Both the position numbers and the translations under genes were made by a program. A DNA stretch of 63,137 nt, the filler included, from Octopus bimaculoides (taxonomy: Eukaryota), in assembly GCF_001194135.2 (NCBI RefSeq). It is 5 parts of 5 records of this genome, joined end to end, with 100 filler letters (N's around TTAATTAATTAA, not from the genome) between each part and the next. Parts side by side here need not be neighbours in the genome. Positions count along the whole stretch, not along the records: positions 15,704 to 34,998 come from NC_068991.1; positions 35,099 to 48,926 come from NC_069000.1; 3 more parts are not named here. One strand, written 5' to 3'. The notes under the pieces were generated by a model. The model worked only from the letters and a program-made list of their open reading frames with translations. It made no database searches and was not told the DNA's origin. This document shows, in pieces, positions 24,210-36,655 of this stretch. Positions within the stretch are counted from its first letter, which is position 1. Each line of letters begins with the position of its first letter.

Positions 24210-24551
24210 GTCTATATGGGCATTAACATCCACGGTAAAGTGTGAACATTTAGTACCATTTCGATGTATATTGGCAAGCCACTTGGTAAAAATTTTAAAA
24301 CGTCCAAAGCAATTAAATGTAACGCGACCAACTACTGCGATAAGAATTCCTGAAGATTTTCAGAGTGCTAACAGTTAATTTAAGTGTATTTCATTTACAT
24401 ACATCGTACATACATACATACATACATACATACATACATACATACATACATACATACATACGTACATGTATACATACATACATACATACATACAAGCATG
24501 CATACATGCATAGATATGTGTAAACGCGCGCGCGCACATTTTTTCGCTTAA

Positions 24552-24873
24552 GCACAGGAGCACTCCGTCGCTTACGACGACGAGGGTCTCAGCTGATCCG
24601 ATCAACGGAACAGCCTGCTCGTGAAATTAACGTGCAAGTGACTGAGCAATCCACAGACACGTGTACCCTTAACGTAGTTCTCAGGGAGACTCAGCGTGAA
24701 ACATAGCGTGACAAGGCCGGCCCTTTGAAATACAGATACTACTCATTTTTGCCAGCTGAGTGAACTGGAGCAACGTGAAATAAAGTGTCTTGCTCCAGGA
24801 CACAACGCGTCGCCGGGAATCGAACTCACGATGGTGAGCCGAATGCCCTAATCACTAAGCCATGCGCCTTCAC
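24552..24873 (-). mobile_element. tRNA-derived SINE family C (MetaSINE/CORE-like central segment)
   Basis: Minus-strand head with A-box tggcttagtgattagg and B-box gagttcgattcc, then gttgtgtcctggagcaagacacttt. Confidence 0.8.
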
Positions 24874-25237
24874 TCGCTTAAGCATAACGATACCAATAAT
24901 CTGGTGTAAGATCTCTATATACCATATGCTTTAGAACGAAGCGTTAGTTGAGTTCAGAGCAGTAATAAGAAATTAGAATGACAAAGGAAGGAAAAAGGTA
25001 CGTCATGAACATCATTAGCTTACAACTGTTTCTGCTATAAGATGCAATGCGCTCATAACTGAATCCTTGTGTAGCACCCTTTAGCTTCATAGGAGCTTCG
25101 ATGTATGTATGTACGTATGTATGTATGTATGTATGCATGTATAGAGAGAGAGAAAGAGAGAGAGATACATACATACATACATAAACACACATGTATGTGC
25201 GTTTAGAATACTAAGTATCAATTTGAATGTACAGTGC

Positions 25238-25269
<32 letters not shown>

Positions 25270-25277
<8 letters not shown>

Positions 25278-25460
25278 ATGTGTCTGTATTTGTCCCCCAC
25301 CATAGCCTGACAATCGGTGCTGGTGTGCAAGGAACCGATAGAATACCAGGCTTAAAAAAGAAATAAGCACTGCGGTCCATTCGTTTGACTAATATTCTTT
25401 AGGCGTGCCCCAGCATGGCCGTAGTCTAATAACTGAAACATGTAAAAGTTAAAAGATAAA
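25270..25460 (+). mobile_element. SINE family A 3' half
   Basis: Similarity to the 3' half of 47881-48370. Confidence 0.75.
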
Positions 25461-25861
25461 ATATTCCAAGGAAACAGCTGAATGATAGTTAGAGAAAAAT
25501 GAAATTGAAGATCGTTGCGTGAAGTTTGCTGCCGCTAGACATGTCCTTGTGTCAATATTCTCAACTTCACAGGATTAGTGATATATACAGGATCACGGTA
25601 GTAAATGATAGAAAATCCATTATAGTCAGCCTCGTGTCAAATATCCCCGTTGATTCATTTGTATCTGGTGTATAAAAGTCGGAAGTGTGTTTTGCTGAGA
25701 AGAAAAGTTTTTTCATTTATGTATTTGTTTTGTAAGATCCTTGATGTGAAATCGTGAAACAGAGATTGTTATATTTGGGGATGGTCTTACTTTGCCAATT
25801 AGACACACGCACTACATATTTGGTCTTCACTTCAGCTTTATTATTATTATTATTTTAGCAA

Positions 25862-26318
25862 GGCGGCAAGCTGGCAGAAATGTTAGCACGCAGGGCGAAG
25901 TGCTTAGCGGTATTTCGTCTGCCTTTACGTTCTGAGTTCAAATTCCGCTGAGGTCGACTTTGCCTTTCATCCTTTCGGGGTCGATAAATTAAGTACATGT
26001 TGCGTACAGAGTCGATCTAATCGACTGGCCTCTTCCTCCAAATTTCGGGCTTTGTTGTGCCTAGAGTAGAAAAGATTATTATTATTTTAGTTTCTCGGGC
26101 GGCGAGCTAGCAGAATCGTTAGCATGATGGACGAAATGCTTAGCGGTATTTCACCCGTCCCTAAGTTCTGAGCTCAAATTCCGCCGTGGTCGACTTTGCT
26201 TTTCATACTTTCAGGGTCGATAAATTAAGTACCAATGAAACAGTGGGGTCGGTGTAATCGACTAGTACCCTCCCCACAAATTTCAGGCCTTGTGTCTTTA
26301 GTAGAAAGAATTATCATT
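25862..26318 (+). mobile_element. Two head-to-tail SINE family B copies (25862-26088, 26098-26318)
   Basis: ggcggcgagctggcagaa...gttctgagttcaaattccg (A/B-box-like) ... aggccttgtg...gtagaaaag followed by an (ATT)n tail, repeated twice. Confidence 0.9.
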
Positions 26319-26534
26319 TTAGCTTCTTTGTCAAAGCTCTTTCGTCATACATCATGTGACTTCCTCAGCGATTCTCTATCCCACATATTTTTTCTTGTTC
26401 TGCTTATTCCATTTTGTCTTTATGTGGTATGTGTCATAAAGCTGAAGTGAATACCAAATATATAGTGCGTGTGTTTAACTGACAAAATATGACTATCCCT
26501 AAGAAAATGCTTTAAAATGTGTATGTCACGTGAT

Positions 26535-26824
26535 CGACCAGACTATCGGATGTTGTTATACATCGCTTGTCACAGTGCTATTTGCATTGTTTGAGCTTTC
26601 AAACGATACATCCCCGCTGGCTAGGCAAGCAGGCCAACATTGCCCCTGATCGGAAGGTTATTCTCTCGTAGGGTTACCCATTTGCAGGTGAGTGGACTGG
26701 AACAACGTGAAATGAAGTGTTTTGCTCAAGAATACAACGCAACGCGCCCCTCGTTCAGGAAATCGAACGCACGACCTGGCGATCGTGAGTGCAGCACCCT
26801 AACCACTAGGCATCGCAGCTTCAC
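26535..26824 (-). mobile_element. SINE family C-like copy with a different 3' tail
   Basis: Head matches 24700-24873. The 3' part does not. Confidence 0.65.
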
Positions 26825-27129
26825 CGATTTAGTATATAATAATTCTAAATATGTAACTTTATTCATTAAGCTGTCCAGAGATGAACGTCTGCTAACAACA
26901 GCAACTAAATAACAAAACTACTTTCAAGTCCGGTGGATATTCAGGGAGACATAGAAGGAAGCGACTGAGGTAGTTAATTGCTTGTCCAGACAAGCTCAGT
27001 GTTGGAGAGAGAAATTACAAATAAGAAATATATATATATATATATATATATATACGGAGAGAGAGAGAGAGAGATAGACGTCCAAACAGACAGACGGACG
27101 AACAGACAGATAGATAGATAAACAGACGG

Positions 27130-27177
<48 letters not shown>

Positions 27178-27699
27178 GGGTGGGTGGATAGAAGGATGAA
27201 TTCAGAGCTTGGCAGAAATAAGCCGATTGGGATAAACAACGTCGATGATTATAATTAGTCAATCAATCTGACTAGCTTAGCGAATCAAACTTTTTGAACC
27301 GGTGTTAATTTAATTTGATAATACTTACGATCGATTGAATTTTGCGGTTAATTTGCATCGATCATACGGATATTGAATTATTAAGGGGAATTAGAATAGG
27401 GTGACAGAAAGAACGAGCCTCCTAGCTCTAAAGTTCGTAATCTGTTCCCGTTATATTCAAATTCCAATTATACATACATTGATTCTAATTATAGATCAGT
27501 AACTCTAAGAATATTTTAAAAGTCTGAAAACAATTTATTGAACATAGTTCATGATTATAGAATAAGCAGGAAATATAAGTCTCAAAGTAAACAGCTACGA
27601 TATATGACTTCACCAAATCTAAACTCAAACACATACAAAAAATTTTTGTTATTCAAGAAGGGGAATCCATAATTCTTTTGTAATGAATCGATAAACTAC

Positions 27700-27860
27700 C
27701 GTAGGCGTGGCTGGGTGGTAAGAAGTTTACTTCTCAATGAACATGTTTCTGGGTTCAGTCTCACTGGGTGGTTCCTTGGGAAACTGTCTTCTACTATAGC
27801 TTCGGGCTGACCAAAGTCTTGTGAGTGGACTTGATAGATGGAAAATGAAAGAAACCCATC

Positions 27861-27904
<44 letters not shown>

Positions 27905-28290
27905 TATAAGAGTATATGCATATATATGTACATACCTTCATCTACATGTATATATATAGATGCAGATCTAGGTACATGGCGTTGCAAAAAAACATGGACA
28001 AGATGATAAACAAGGTACAAAAAACACACAGGCCATATATACATGTGTGTGCGTGCGCGCGTTTGTATGTGTGTGTGCGCGCGTGTGCCTTCTGTGTGTG
28101 TGTGCGTGCGTGTATTTGTGTCTGTGTTTGTCCCCCACCACTGCTTGACAACCGGTGGCGGTGGTTTTGTTTACATTCCCCTCCCTTCAGCGGTTCAGCA
28201 CAAAACACACCGATAGAACCGATTCTACTAAAAATTCTTCAAGGCGCTGCCCCAGCATGGCAGCAGGTTAGTGACTGAAACAAGATATCT
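27700..28290 (+). mobile_element. SINE family A copy with an expanded internal microsatellite region
   Basis: 5' head at 27700-27860 and 3' half at 28110-28290 both match 47881-48370. Confidence 0.8.
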
Positions 28291-28744
28291 TTTGAGTGCT
28301 ATTAATATAATTTGCTTCCGGAATAAAAGGAGACATCATTGAACACCAGGACCTATATCAGACCTTGAATATAACATTTCAAATAGGCAAATATTCAATA
28401 GAACATCATTCCAGTAGTTTTTTTTTAAATTTTTATTCATTTATGTATTTTATATCGTAATTTGTGGACAAAACTGTCGTTTGTTGCAGGATATAAACTA
28501 GCCAATCACTAGCTTACCGCATTTATGACGACGACTGTAAATCGATGGTGTTACGGAAAGAATCTCAGTGACTTGATGCTGAGCAAATATATATCAAGTG
28601 TCATTGTTTTCGACTTTCCTCGCCGATGAAAACACACACACACACACACACACATACATATTCTAGTTTTCTTAGCTACTGAAATTGTTTAATATTTAAA
28701 CAGATTGGCATCTTGTTTCTCTGGGATTAGTCAAATTGATGTAG

Positions 28745-28790
28745 ACGGCTCTGATGAGAATCCAATAAGATTCGAAAATCGATTAAGGTT
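28745..28790 (+). ncRNA. Decayed minimal hammerhead-ribozyme-like motif
   Basis: CUGAUGA (28751-57), stem II gaatc/gattc with a 6-nt loop, GAAA (28774-77), palindromic stem III aaucgauu, UUA site. Stem I is only 2-3 bp. Confidence 0.45.
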
Positions 28791-31149
28791 GTTTGTCATT
28801 TTTTCAGTCTACGAAGAACTTCACGACCATGGCTGCTGCAGTTCTTTCTCTGACTCAATTATAAAATAAAGTAGTTTGAAAAATCCCTTTCGGGAGATCC
28901 AAAAGGACATTAAGGCATTATCTTATGAGGGTTATCTTAAGGAAAAAAGAGGATAAATTATAAAATCAGTTAGATCATCTGTGAAACTATGAAACTATGT
29001 CCAAACTCCCGGAAAACATTACCTACTAAATGGTAATAAACGTTGATTAGGACTTGCCAGAAGACTGGACACATAAAATGTAAATTCCAGGCCATGAAAC
29101 AACAGATCTCTTATGAAGACAGGCTATAATCTTTCTTTCAGAAATTAAGAACTGATAGCATTGACAAATGGGCCATGAATGGATAATACCGGTGCGTATC
29201 AGATATTTATTTTATTGATGCTGGTGGAATGAAAAATGTCTGATTTCAGTAAAACATGACGAAACTAAATACAAAGCAAAATGACTGCAGGAAAATTACT
29301 TAGCGACGCTATCTGCCCGAAAACAAAATAGTTAAACCAATGTTGATATATCTAATGAAGACAAAAAACATTTTAATTAATAAATCAATTAAACTTACAC
29401 TCGTAATGAGGAGAAATAAACATTTGTGCAACAATTCTTTTAAGACTCAACCATTCTGATGGTAGAAATTTTGTGAGAGACGTGTCGTCGATTTAACTGT
29501 CTCTGCTACTCCACTGATATATCCGAATAAATGAAAAATGAAATCATCCTGGTAAGATTTGAACTCAAAACATAAAAGGATATTAACTAAACCCAGAAAG
29601 CATTTAGTTCAACACTTTACAATATTAAGCCTCTATGCATTTCTTCGAGAACAATGATGAAACTGTTTTAGACGGTCTCGATAGTCATATGTGTGTTTAA
29701 CTTTTTGGGGAAAAATGTGTTCATTTTTCAATTTATTCATTTAGAGAATTGTTCGTTATGGGAACCCCCAGTATATGTTTTCTTGACAAGAAGTCGCACC
29801 ATAGTCTTGTAGCGAGACTGTTGTCATAAACTGTCGCATCGTTAAGGCTTAGTCGGAAAACGGCTCATCCTGCATGTTCCTAACGATTGGTCACATAAAC
29901 TGGTCATGCGATGGTGTAATACTTGACAGTGTCCGTTTCTTGGATTGGTCTAGTTTTACGAGGGATATAGTTTTGTATCCAATCGTGTTGTGCGTTAGAC
30001 CAACTAGCGCGGCAAAATCAAATGCTGTCTTGAGTTTCTAATCATCAATACATAAGAGAAGTTTTCCTATTTTCGCCAGTGAGGTGAGAATTTTCAAGAA
30101 GCTATATCACGTCATTGTGTCCCTGTTTGCCAAGCATTTATAACCAAGTTTCGATTGAGTTGAGAAGCAGACTATGTGTATTTTCTACAGACAGTTACCT
30201 TCATGATGTATCCACCTGGTTCGCTGTATTATTTTAGTTAGTGGATGAATAAAGTGTCGCAGTTCATTGAAAACTCGCTTTCTTTTATTTCTTTCCACCA
30301 TTTTATACACAACCCATGGAACCAAGGACAAGAGATACGCTTCATACAGCTAAAGCCTCATTGAAATGGTTATAAATCCAAGAGACAGGAAGTATTAGAA
30401 GTATAGACGAAGAAATTAATTCATGCAAATATTTGGCAAGGAAAATAAATGAAATGCTATGTCAGGATTTATAAAAATCTCGCAAAATTTTCTCATCGAT
30501 GCATAAATTGAATTAGTTAGGTCAAATGCGATCGATGGAAGAAAAATTCGATGCTGGAGGAAGACTATTGATTCTAAATATGATTCTGTCAGTAACGATT
30601 TCACCCGTATAACTATTGATTGTTGAATATTTGATTTCATCAATAATATCAATAAAAGAGGGATTAAAATAATTGACCAGAGTTCTAGCATCATCATAAT
30701 CAGCCTCACTGTCAATAGCTATCACTGTTCAATATTAAATCGGTCCATCTAGATTTGCTTCAGTTTTTGTTTTTATTAGAAGCTAGCAAGAATATCTGGT
30801 CATTTATATCATTTTCCGTGAACAATAGCGTCGATGAATAATAGGTGAACAATAGTGTCGGTGAACAACAGTGCCGTGGGAAAAGAGGTGAACAATAGTG
30901 TCGATGTTTATAGTTTTCTAATATGGTCCAATAACGAGTTCACTGAATTTCTGATGGTGAGAACAACTGATTGGCAGGGTGTCTTCGTAAAGAAAAAAAT
31001 ATGATATATTTTTTTATTTGAAAGCACCTGCTATCAACGATTAAATCTTTTGCTGATATTCAGCGGTTATGAGTACATTTGCGCGCGCGCGAGCGCACAC
31101 ACTCAAACACACGCACACATATACACACAATTACACATACATACATACA

Positions 31150-32340
31150 TTGCATCCCTTGACCAAGTTTGCATACATGAGGTTGATAACATCATAAGAC
31201 CTGGAAGGTAGCTCCTTGAGCAACATTCTTTGTCTGATGACTTAGAATACATACCCAAAGAAGTCGCACGACTCTACTGCAACGTATTATCAGATGAAAG
31301 GATGAGCCTATATGAGCAGAAGACTATGCATGGATATGTTAGTAGAAAGCTCCGAAATGATAATAACTACTTCCCACTTTGAAGGGTATGCGTTTGCAAT
31401 CCAGGAACAGAAATATCAACCAAGTACCTGATGCACAAAAGGGGCAGAGATGCAGGAAAAGCAGTAAAATGTGACAACCAATGTAGACTTTGTGGAGTTA
31501 ACACCCAAGATATCCTCCACATCATAGGCAGTTGTCTGAAAAGGTCATCACGGCATTATCTACCAATGAGATATGATGTTGTAGGTAGGACACTCTATAA
31601 TGAAATCCGTCGGAAAGATAACCGCGAGGACAAAGAAATAAGAACCCACAGTATGGTAGAAGCTTTAGCCACTCATAATAAAAAGGAGTACTGATGGAAT
31701 GTACCAGTGAAGACCTCAATAAAATGTAAGAACAACAGACCTGATATAATGATTTGGTATAGAGAAGAGAAACTGTGTACAGTTGTGGAAATTAGCTGCC
31801 CAGCGGATGTTAACATACGGTTGAAGATCAATGAAAAAGAGAACACCTATACTGAACTATTGAGAAATCTGCAGTTACTCTATCCAGATTATAAGTTCCG
31901 GTTTATACCTGTAATTACTGGGGCCCTGGGATATGTAATACTCTGCCTAAATAACAACGAGAAATTAGGTTTCTCAAAACCAGAAAGGAGAAATCTAATT
32001 AGAAGACTACATATCCAATCCATCACTGGAACTGTAAAAACCTGTAAAACTTTCCTGAAGTTTATCATTTAAATATATATGAGCATGTCTAGATATGCAA
32101 CAATATGCATAAGAATACATACATAAAGCAAAACATACAAATCGGCACATATACATACATACATACATACATACATACATACATACATACATACATACAT
32201 GCATGCATACATATATACATGCAAAATCACCCTGTTGTTGATCTTGAAATTCCAATGAAGGAGCCTTGAATCTAGGTTAGAAACCGGCTCTTTCTCTACT
32301 GGCAAGAAATCTTGAAATAAAACTGAACAATAATATACAT
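31150..32340 (+). mobile_element. 5'-truncated R4/Dong-like non-LTR element (CCHC and restriction-like endonuclease) with 3' UTR
   Basis: CRLCGVNTQDILHIIGSC, RYDVVG, NNRPDIMIW, VEISCPAD...EKENTY..L, IPVITGALG, GTVKTCKTFLKF*. Flanked by (CATA)n on both sides. Confidence 0.9.
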
Positions 32341-33989
32341 ACATCCATCCATCCATCCATCCATCCATCCATACATACATACATACATACATACATACAT
32401 ACATACATAACTGACAGAAGTCGACTCGTGACTGAGTAAGATCTTTTCTTAAGAACTATTTCCCTCTAAGAAACATTTCAGGTTTGGTGTCCCCATCACT
32501 TATAACGTCTCATATGGCCCCTAAGGCCTTCAATGGACTTACAAGTCATTCTACGTTGACCACATGACAACCTCCCATCAAACATATATACATACATATC
32601 AACAAACATGCATGCATGCCGCGCAATTCTGTATAGTTTCCGTCTACCACATTCCATTTACAAGGCATTGGTCAATTTGAGATAATGGCAACAGATCCTT
32701 GTCCAAAGTGCCGTGGAGTAGAATCCGTCCTAGAACTTATTAGTGCTAAACAAACGACTCCACCATTCGACTATGGCGATAAAATTAAACTTGAGTTACT
32801 TTCATAAAATTTGGTATTCTAGGATTCCTTTCACTATGACTTGGTGATATATAAGTTGTTGTTGCTGCTGGATATATTTAGTCAGCCCCGTTAAATAAAT
32901 CTACATTAGGAATGTTATTCGACCAGCGTTCTGACCGTGAACATCATGTCCTTATAGAGAAACATCTGTTTCAAGATTTAGGACTCAAAAATGTGGTCTT
33001 CATTTTAAAGCGAGTTTCTCAAAAGAACCTTGTACATTGAGCAAGTTCAGTGCTAACAGTGAAGCCCTCTCTATTCAGATGGCTCACGTATTTAAGCCAA
33101 GGTGACCTTAGACTAGAAATATGAATCATAAAACTCAAGACCCAAATCACATGCCTCATTGAAAGATGAAACAATACAGAAAAATAAAAATAATCTTTGT
33201 TAGACTCTATGTGAAGCGAGAATATATTTAATTTAATTTATTTATTTATTATTATTTTTTTTGCAAATTAAGAACAGAGGCGCTGTTGGTTACAGACATT
33301 TCCAATGGGTCAAACACTGGACTACTGGCTGCAATTCCGAGATAGAATTCTAAGAGAGAGAGTTTTACGCGACGCAGAACAAATATTTTAATTGGCTTCG
33401 TTTGTAAAGAACCGTTTTTCTGTCTTCGAGAATTTGTTTATAATCTTTACCGATATACGTTGGTGGAAGATAGACATATACGCATAAACGCACGCATGCA
33501 CTCATACATACGTACATACATACATACATACATACATACATACATACATACATACATACAGAGAGAGAGATAGACAGGCAGACAGATAGACAGATAGACG
33601 GACATATATGCATGGGCATATGCTTATATGTATATATGCATCCATACATAATTACACACACACTTCCATGACAGTCATGAACAGCCTATCTCAAAACAAA
33701 ACTCAGAGTAGACTGTCCACTTCGCCAACTTTGAACATATCTATCCACTCTATTCAAACATATTGGGTTCTGTATAAGATAATGAGCGTCTTATGTAAAA
33801 CATATTTTAATGCACCACTCTTATATTACGATATGTATTACTATATGGACTGAGATTCTCATTGACGGGCCGCTGATATTAATTTTCTTTCTGCTGCTTT
33901 CGCGGCTTCCCACGACTCTCTGTCGCCATCTGATTCCATTATTATGAATTTGAATTGGGAACTTGTGTCATAGTGAATTTTTCATTACC

Positions 33990-34290
33990 TGAATATCCAA
34001 CAATCGACGCCACTCTTACCGATGCGTTGCAGTTACTCTAAGTAATTCTGACCATTGATCTTCAAGGATTCCTCTGCTCAGATTCAATGTAAGAAGTACT
34101 GCTGGCTCAGTTGGGCTCTTCCGCTACCTCTGTACAATCCGCCATGCTGCGATCCCATGACTTCAATATATTGCTGGCAGGGTGGCTGAACTTGTGCTAT
34201 GCCTTGCCAAAGCGCAGCCCATAACTATACAGTGCACTGTCGTCACTTGGTGAGGTGTTTTCAAAATACCCGCACACCCATATTAAATAC
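33990..34290 (-). mobile_element. Possible highly decayed RTE-like LINE C-terminal fragment
   Basis: ARHSTSSATLPAIY*SHG...EDQWSELLRVTATHR*EWRRLL resembles the end of an RTE ORF2. Weak. Confidence 0.35.
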
Positions 34291-34861
34291 AGTGCTAAGC
34301 ATTTATAATTAGTAAGCCCTGTTCTCTGAAACTACTGGATTTGTTGTGTATAGAAACAGATTGGCTACTTGTTTCTTTAAGATTGGTCAAGTGATGTGAA
34401 CACCTTTGATCAGAACCCATGGAAAATCGATTAAGATTCTTCATAATTTGATTTTCCATCTACAGAGAAATAGTTAAATTTGCCATGATTGTATGTCGAC
34501 TACGTAGATTTCACTCAATGAAATGACTATAGAATCTTACGGAGGACTTATTCAAACAATCATCTGAGGAGACGCATCTTACACCTTGGATGGATGATAA
34601 TGATTACACAACACATCACCGAGTGCAAAAATGTGCCGAAACAATTGTAGTAATTTTAAATAATGAATGTTATTCATTTCATTTTCTATCAGTTATGTAT
34701 ATTATATACATTGCATAAGTTCCTATTCCTTTGTCATTTATTTAATTTGATATTACGTTCTGTATTCGACTAACGCTTTATTTTGAAGCAAGTGTATGTG
34801 GAGTTCTAACAACAGATATTATTACTATCGGTATGCCTAAGCAAAACATTAATATTGCTAT

Positions 34862-36655
34862 TGTCGAACTGCAAGGTTACGGGGATGTAAACACACCAAC
34901 AGCGGTTGTCAAGCGGCGGTGGGGGGCAATCACAGACACAAAGACACACATGTAGATACATACGTACATATACATATAAATATATATATATATATATANN
35001 NNNNNNNNNNNNNNNNNNNNNNNNNNNNNNNNNNNNNNNNNNTTAATTAATTAANNNNNNNNNNNNNNNNNNNNNNNNNNNNNNNNNNNNNNNNNNNNTG
35101 TGTGTGTGTGTGTGTGTGTATGTGTGTGTGTGTGCTCGTGTCAGTGTTTGTCCCCTACCACCGCTTGACAACCGGTGTCGGTTTACTTACATCTCCGTAA
35201 CAGCGGTTCGGCAAAAGAGACCTATATAATAAGTACTGGGGTTGATTCATTCAACTAAAAATTCTTCAAGGCAGTGCTCCAGCTTGGCCGCAGTCTAATG
35301 ACTGAAACAAGTAAAAGATAAAAGATAAAATATTTTTTAAAGAGTGAGTATGATTTAAGGAAAATTTGACTGCTATTTCTAACCGTTCGAACGATCACGT
35401 AACAGCCCTTTAGTTGTCTTCTGTAAAGATTTATTGTTTGACATTCCGTAAGTTTCAGATGACAAACTGTATCCGGTACATTCGACTATAGACACCCATA
35501 ATGATATTTCTAAATAACGACCAACGTCATAACGGCCACAATTTTTATAGGCTTTCTCTCGCTCGCTCGGAGCAGGATAATGCGACCAAATCCCTCAAAT
35601 CACGCCTTTGCATTAGATAATGCAGTGACTTGTTAGCTCTCACCAATAGAAGAGACAGAAAGGTCGCGGCTGAAATTCTTTTAATCATTGTCTGCTCAGT
35701 CAGCAACAACTCAGCTTCTGTAGTTGACTAAGTAACTTACTTCTGCCGTGTAACTGATATTCGCGTTGTATGCTGCTGTTTATCCCCATATCAGCCCAGA
35801 CCTAGCAGATCTATGATTAAAGGCGCTCCATCTGTGATATGCTTGTCCTTTAAAAAATATATAATAAACGTGGATTTGGTAGACAGAAACTGAAAGAAGC
35901 CTGTCGTATATATATATATATATATATATATATNNNNNNNNNNNNNNNNNNNNNNNNNNNNNNNNNNNNNNNNNNNNNNNNNNNNNNNNNNNNNNNNNNN
36001 NNNNNNNNNNNNNNNNNNNNNNNNNNNNNNNNNNNNNNNNNNNNNNNNNNNNNNNNNNNNNNNNNNNNNNNNNNNNNNNNNNNNNNNNNNNNNNNNNNNN
36101 NNNNNNNNNNNNNNNNNNNNNNNNNNNNNNNNNNNNNNNNNNNNNNNNNNNNNNNNNNNNNNNNNNNNNNNNNNNNNNNNNNNNNNNNNNNNNNNNNNNN
36201 NNNNNNNNNNNNNNNNNNNNNNNNNNNNNNNNNNNNNNNNNNNNNNNNNNNNNNNNNNNNNNNNNNNNNNNNNNNNNNNNNNNNNNNNNNNNNNNNNNNN
36301 NNNNNNNNNNNNNNNNNNNNNNNNNNNNNNNNNNNNNNNNNNNNNNNNNNNNNNNNNNNNNNNNNNNNNNNNNNNNNNNNNNNNNNNNNNNNNNNNNNNN
36401 NNNNNNNNNNNNNNNNNNNNGTGTGTGTGTGTGTGTGTGTGTGTGGTTGTGTTGTGTTTGCCCCACCACAGCTTGACAACTGGTGTTGATTTGCTTACTT
36501 AACTCGGCAGTTCAGCAAAAATGACTCGACTGAATAAGTACCAAACTTTAAAAATACGTTATGAGGTCAATTTGTTCGACTAAAATCCCTTGAAGGCCGT
36601 GCCCCAACATGGTCGTAGTCCAGTGACTGAAACAAGTAAAAGATAAAAAATAAAG
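34862..36655. mobile_element. Cluster of SINE family A fragments (34862-34950 minus; 35135-35330 plus; 35868-36655 plus across a gap)
   Basis: Matches to SINE A segments. The N gaps fall in their internal (TA)n/(TG)n tracts. Confidence 0.75.

Noticed and set aside
24780-24873. tRNA gene candidates at A/B-box heads here, at 47881 and at 25862
   Set aside because: They are SINE heads followed by SINE bodies, with no complete cloverleaf.
28510-28580. Possible minus-strand exon ending at gtaagc
   Set aside because: Lengths of 61 or 17 nt are not frame-preserving, and the signals are weak.
28660-28860. Minus-strand GIY-YIG-like translation
   Set aside because: The similarity was subjective. The plus-strand hammerhead motif explains the repeat better.
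30817-30907. Repeat-spacer-like array considered as CRISPR
   Set aside because: The repeats are short (~16 nt) with irregular or no spacers, there are no cas genes, and the context is eukaryotic.
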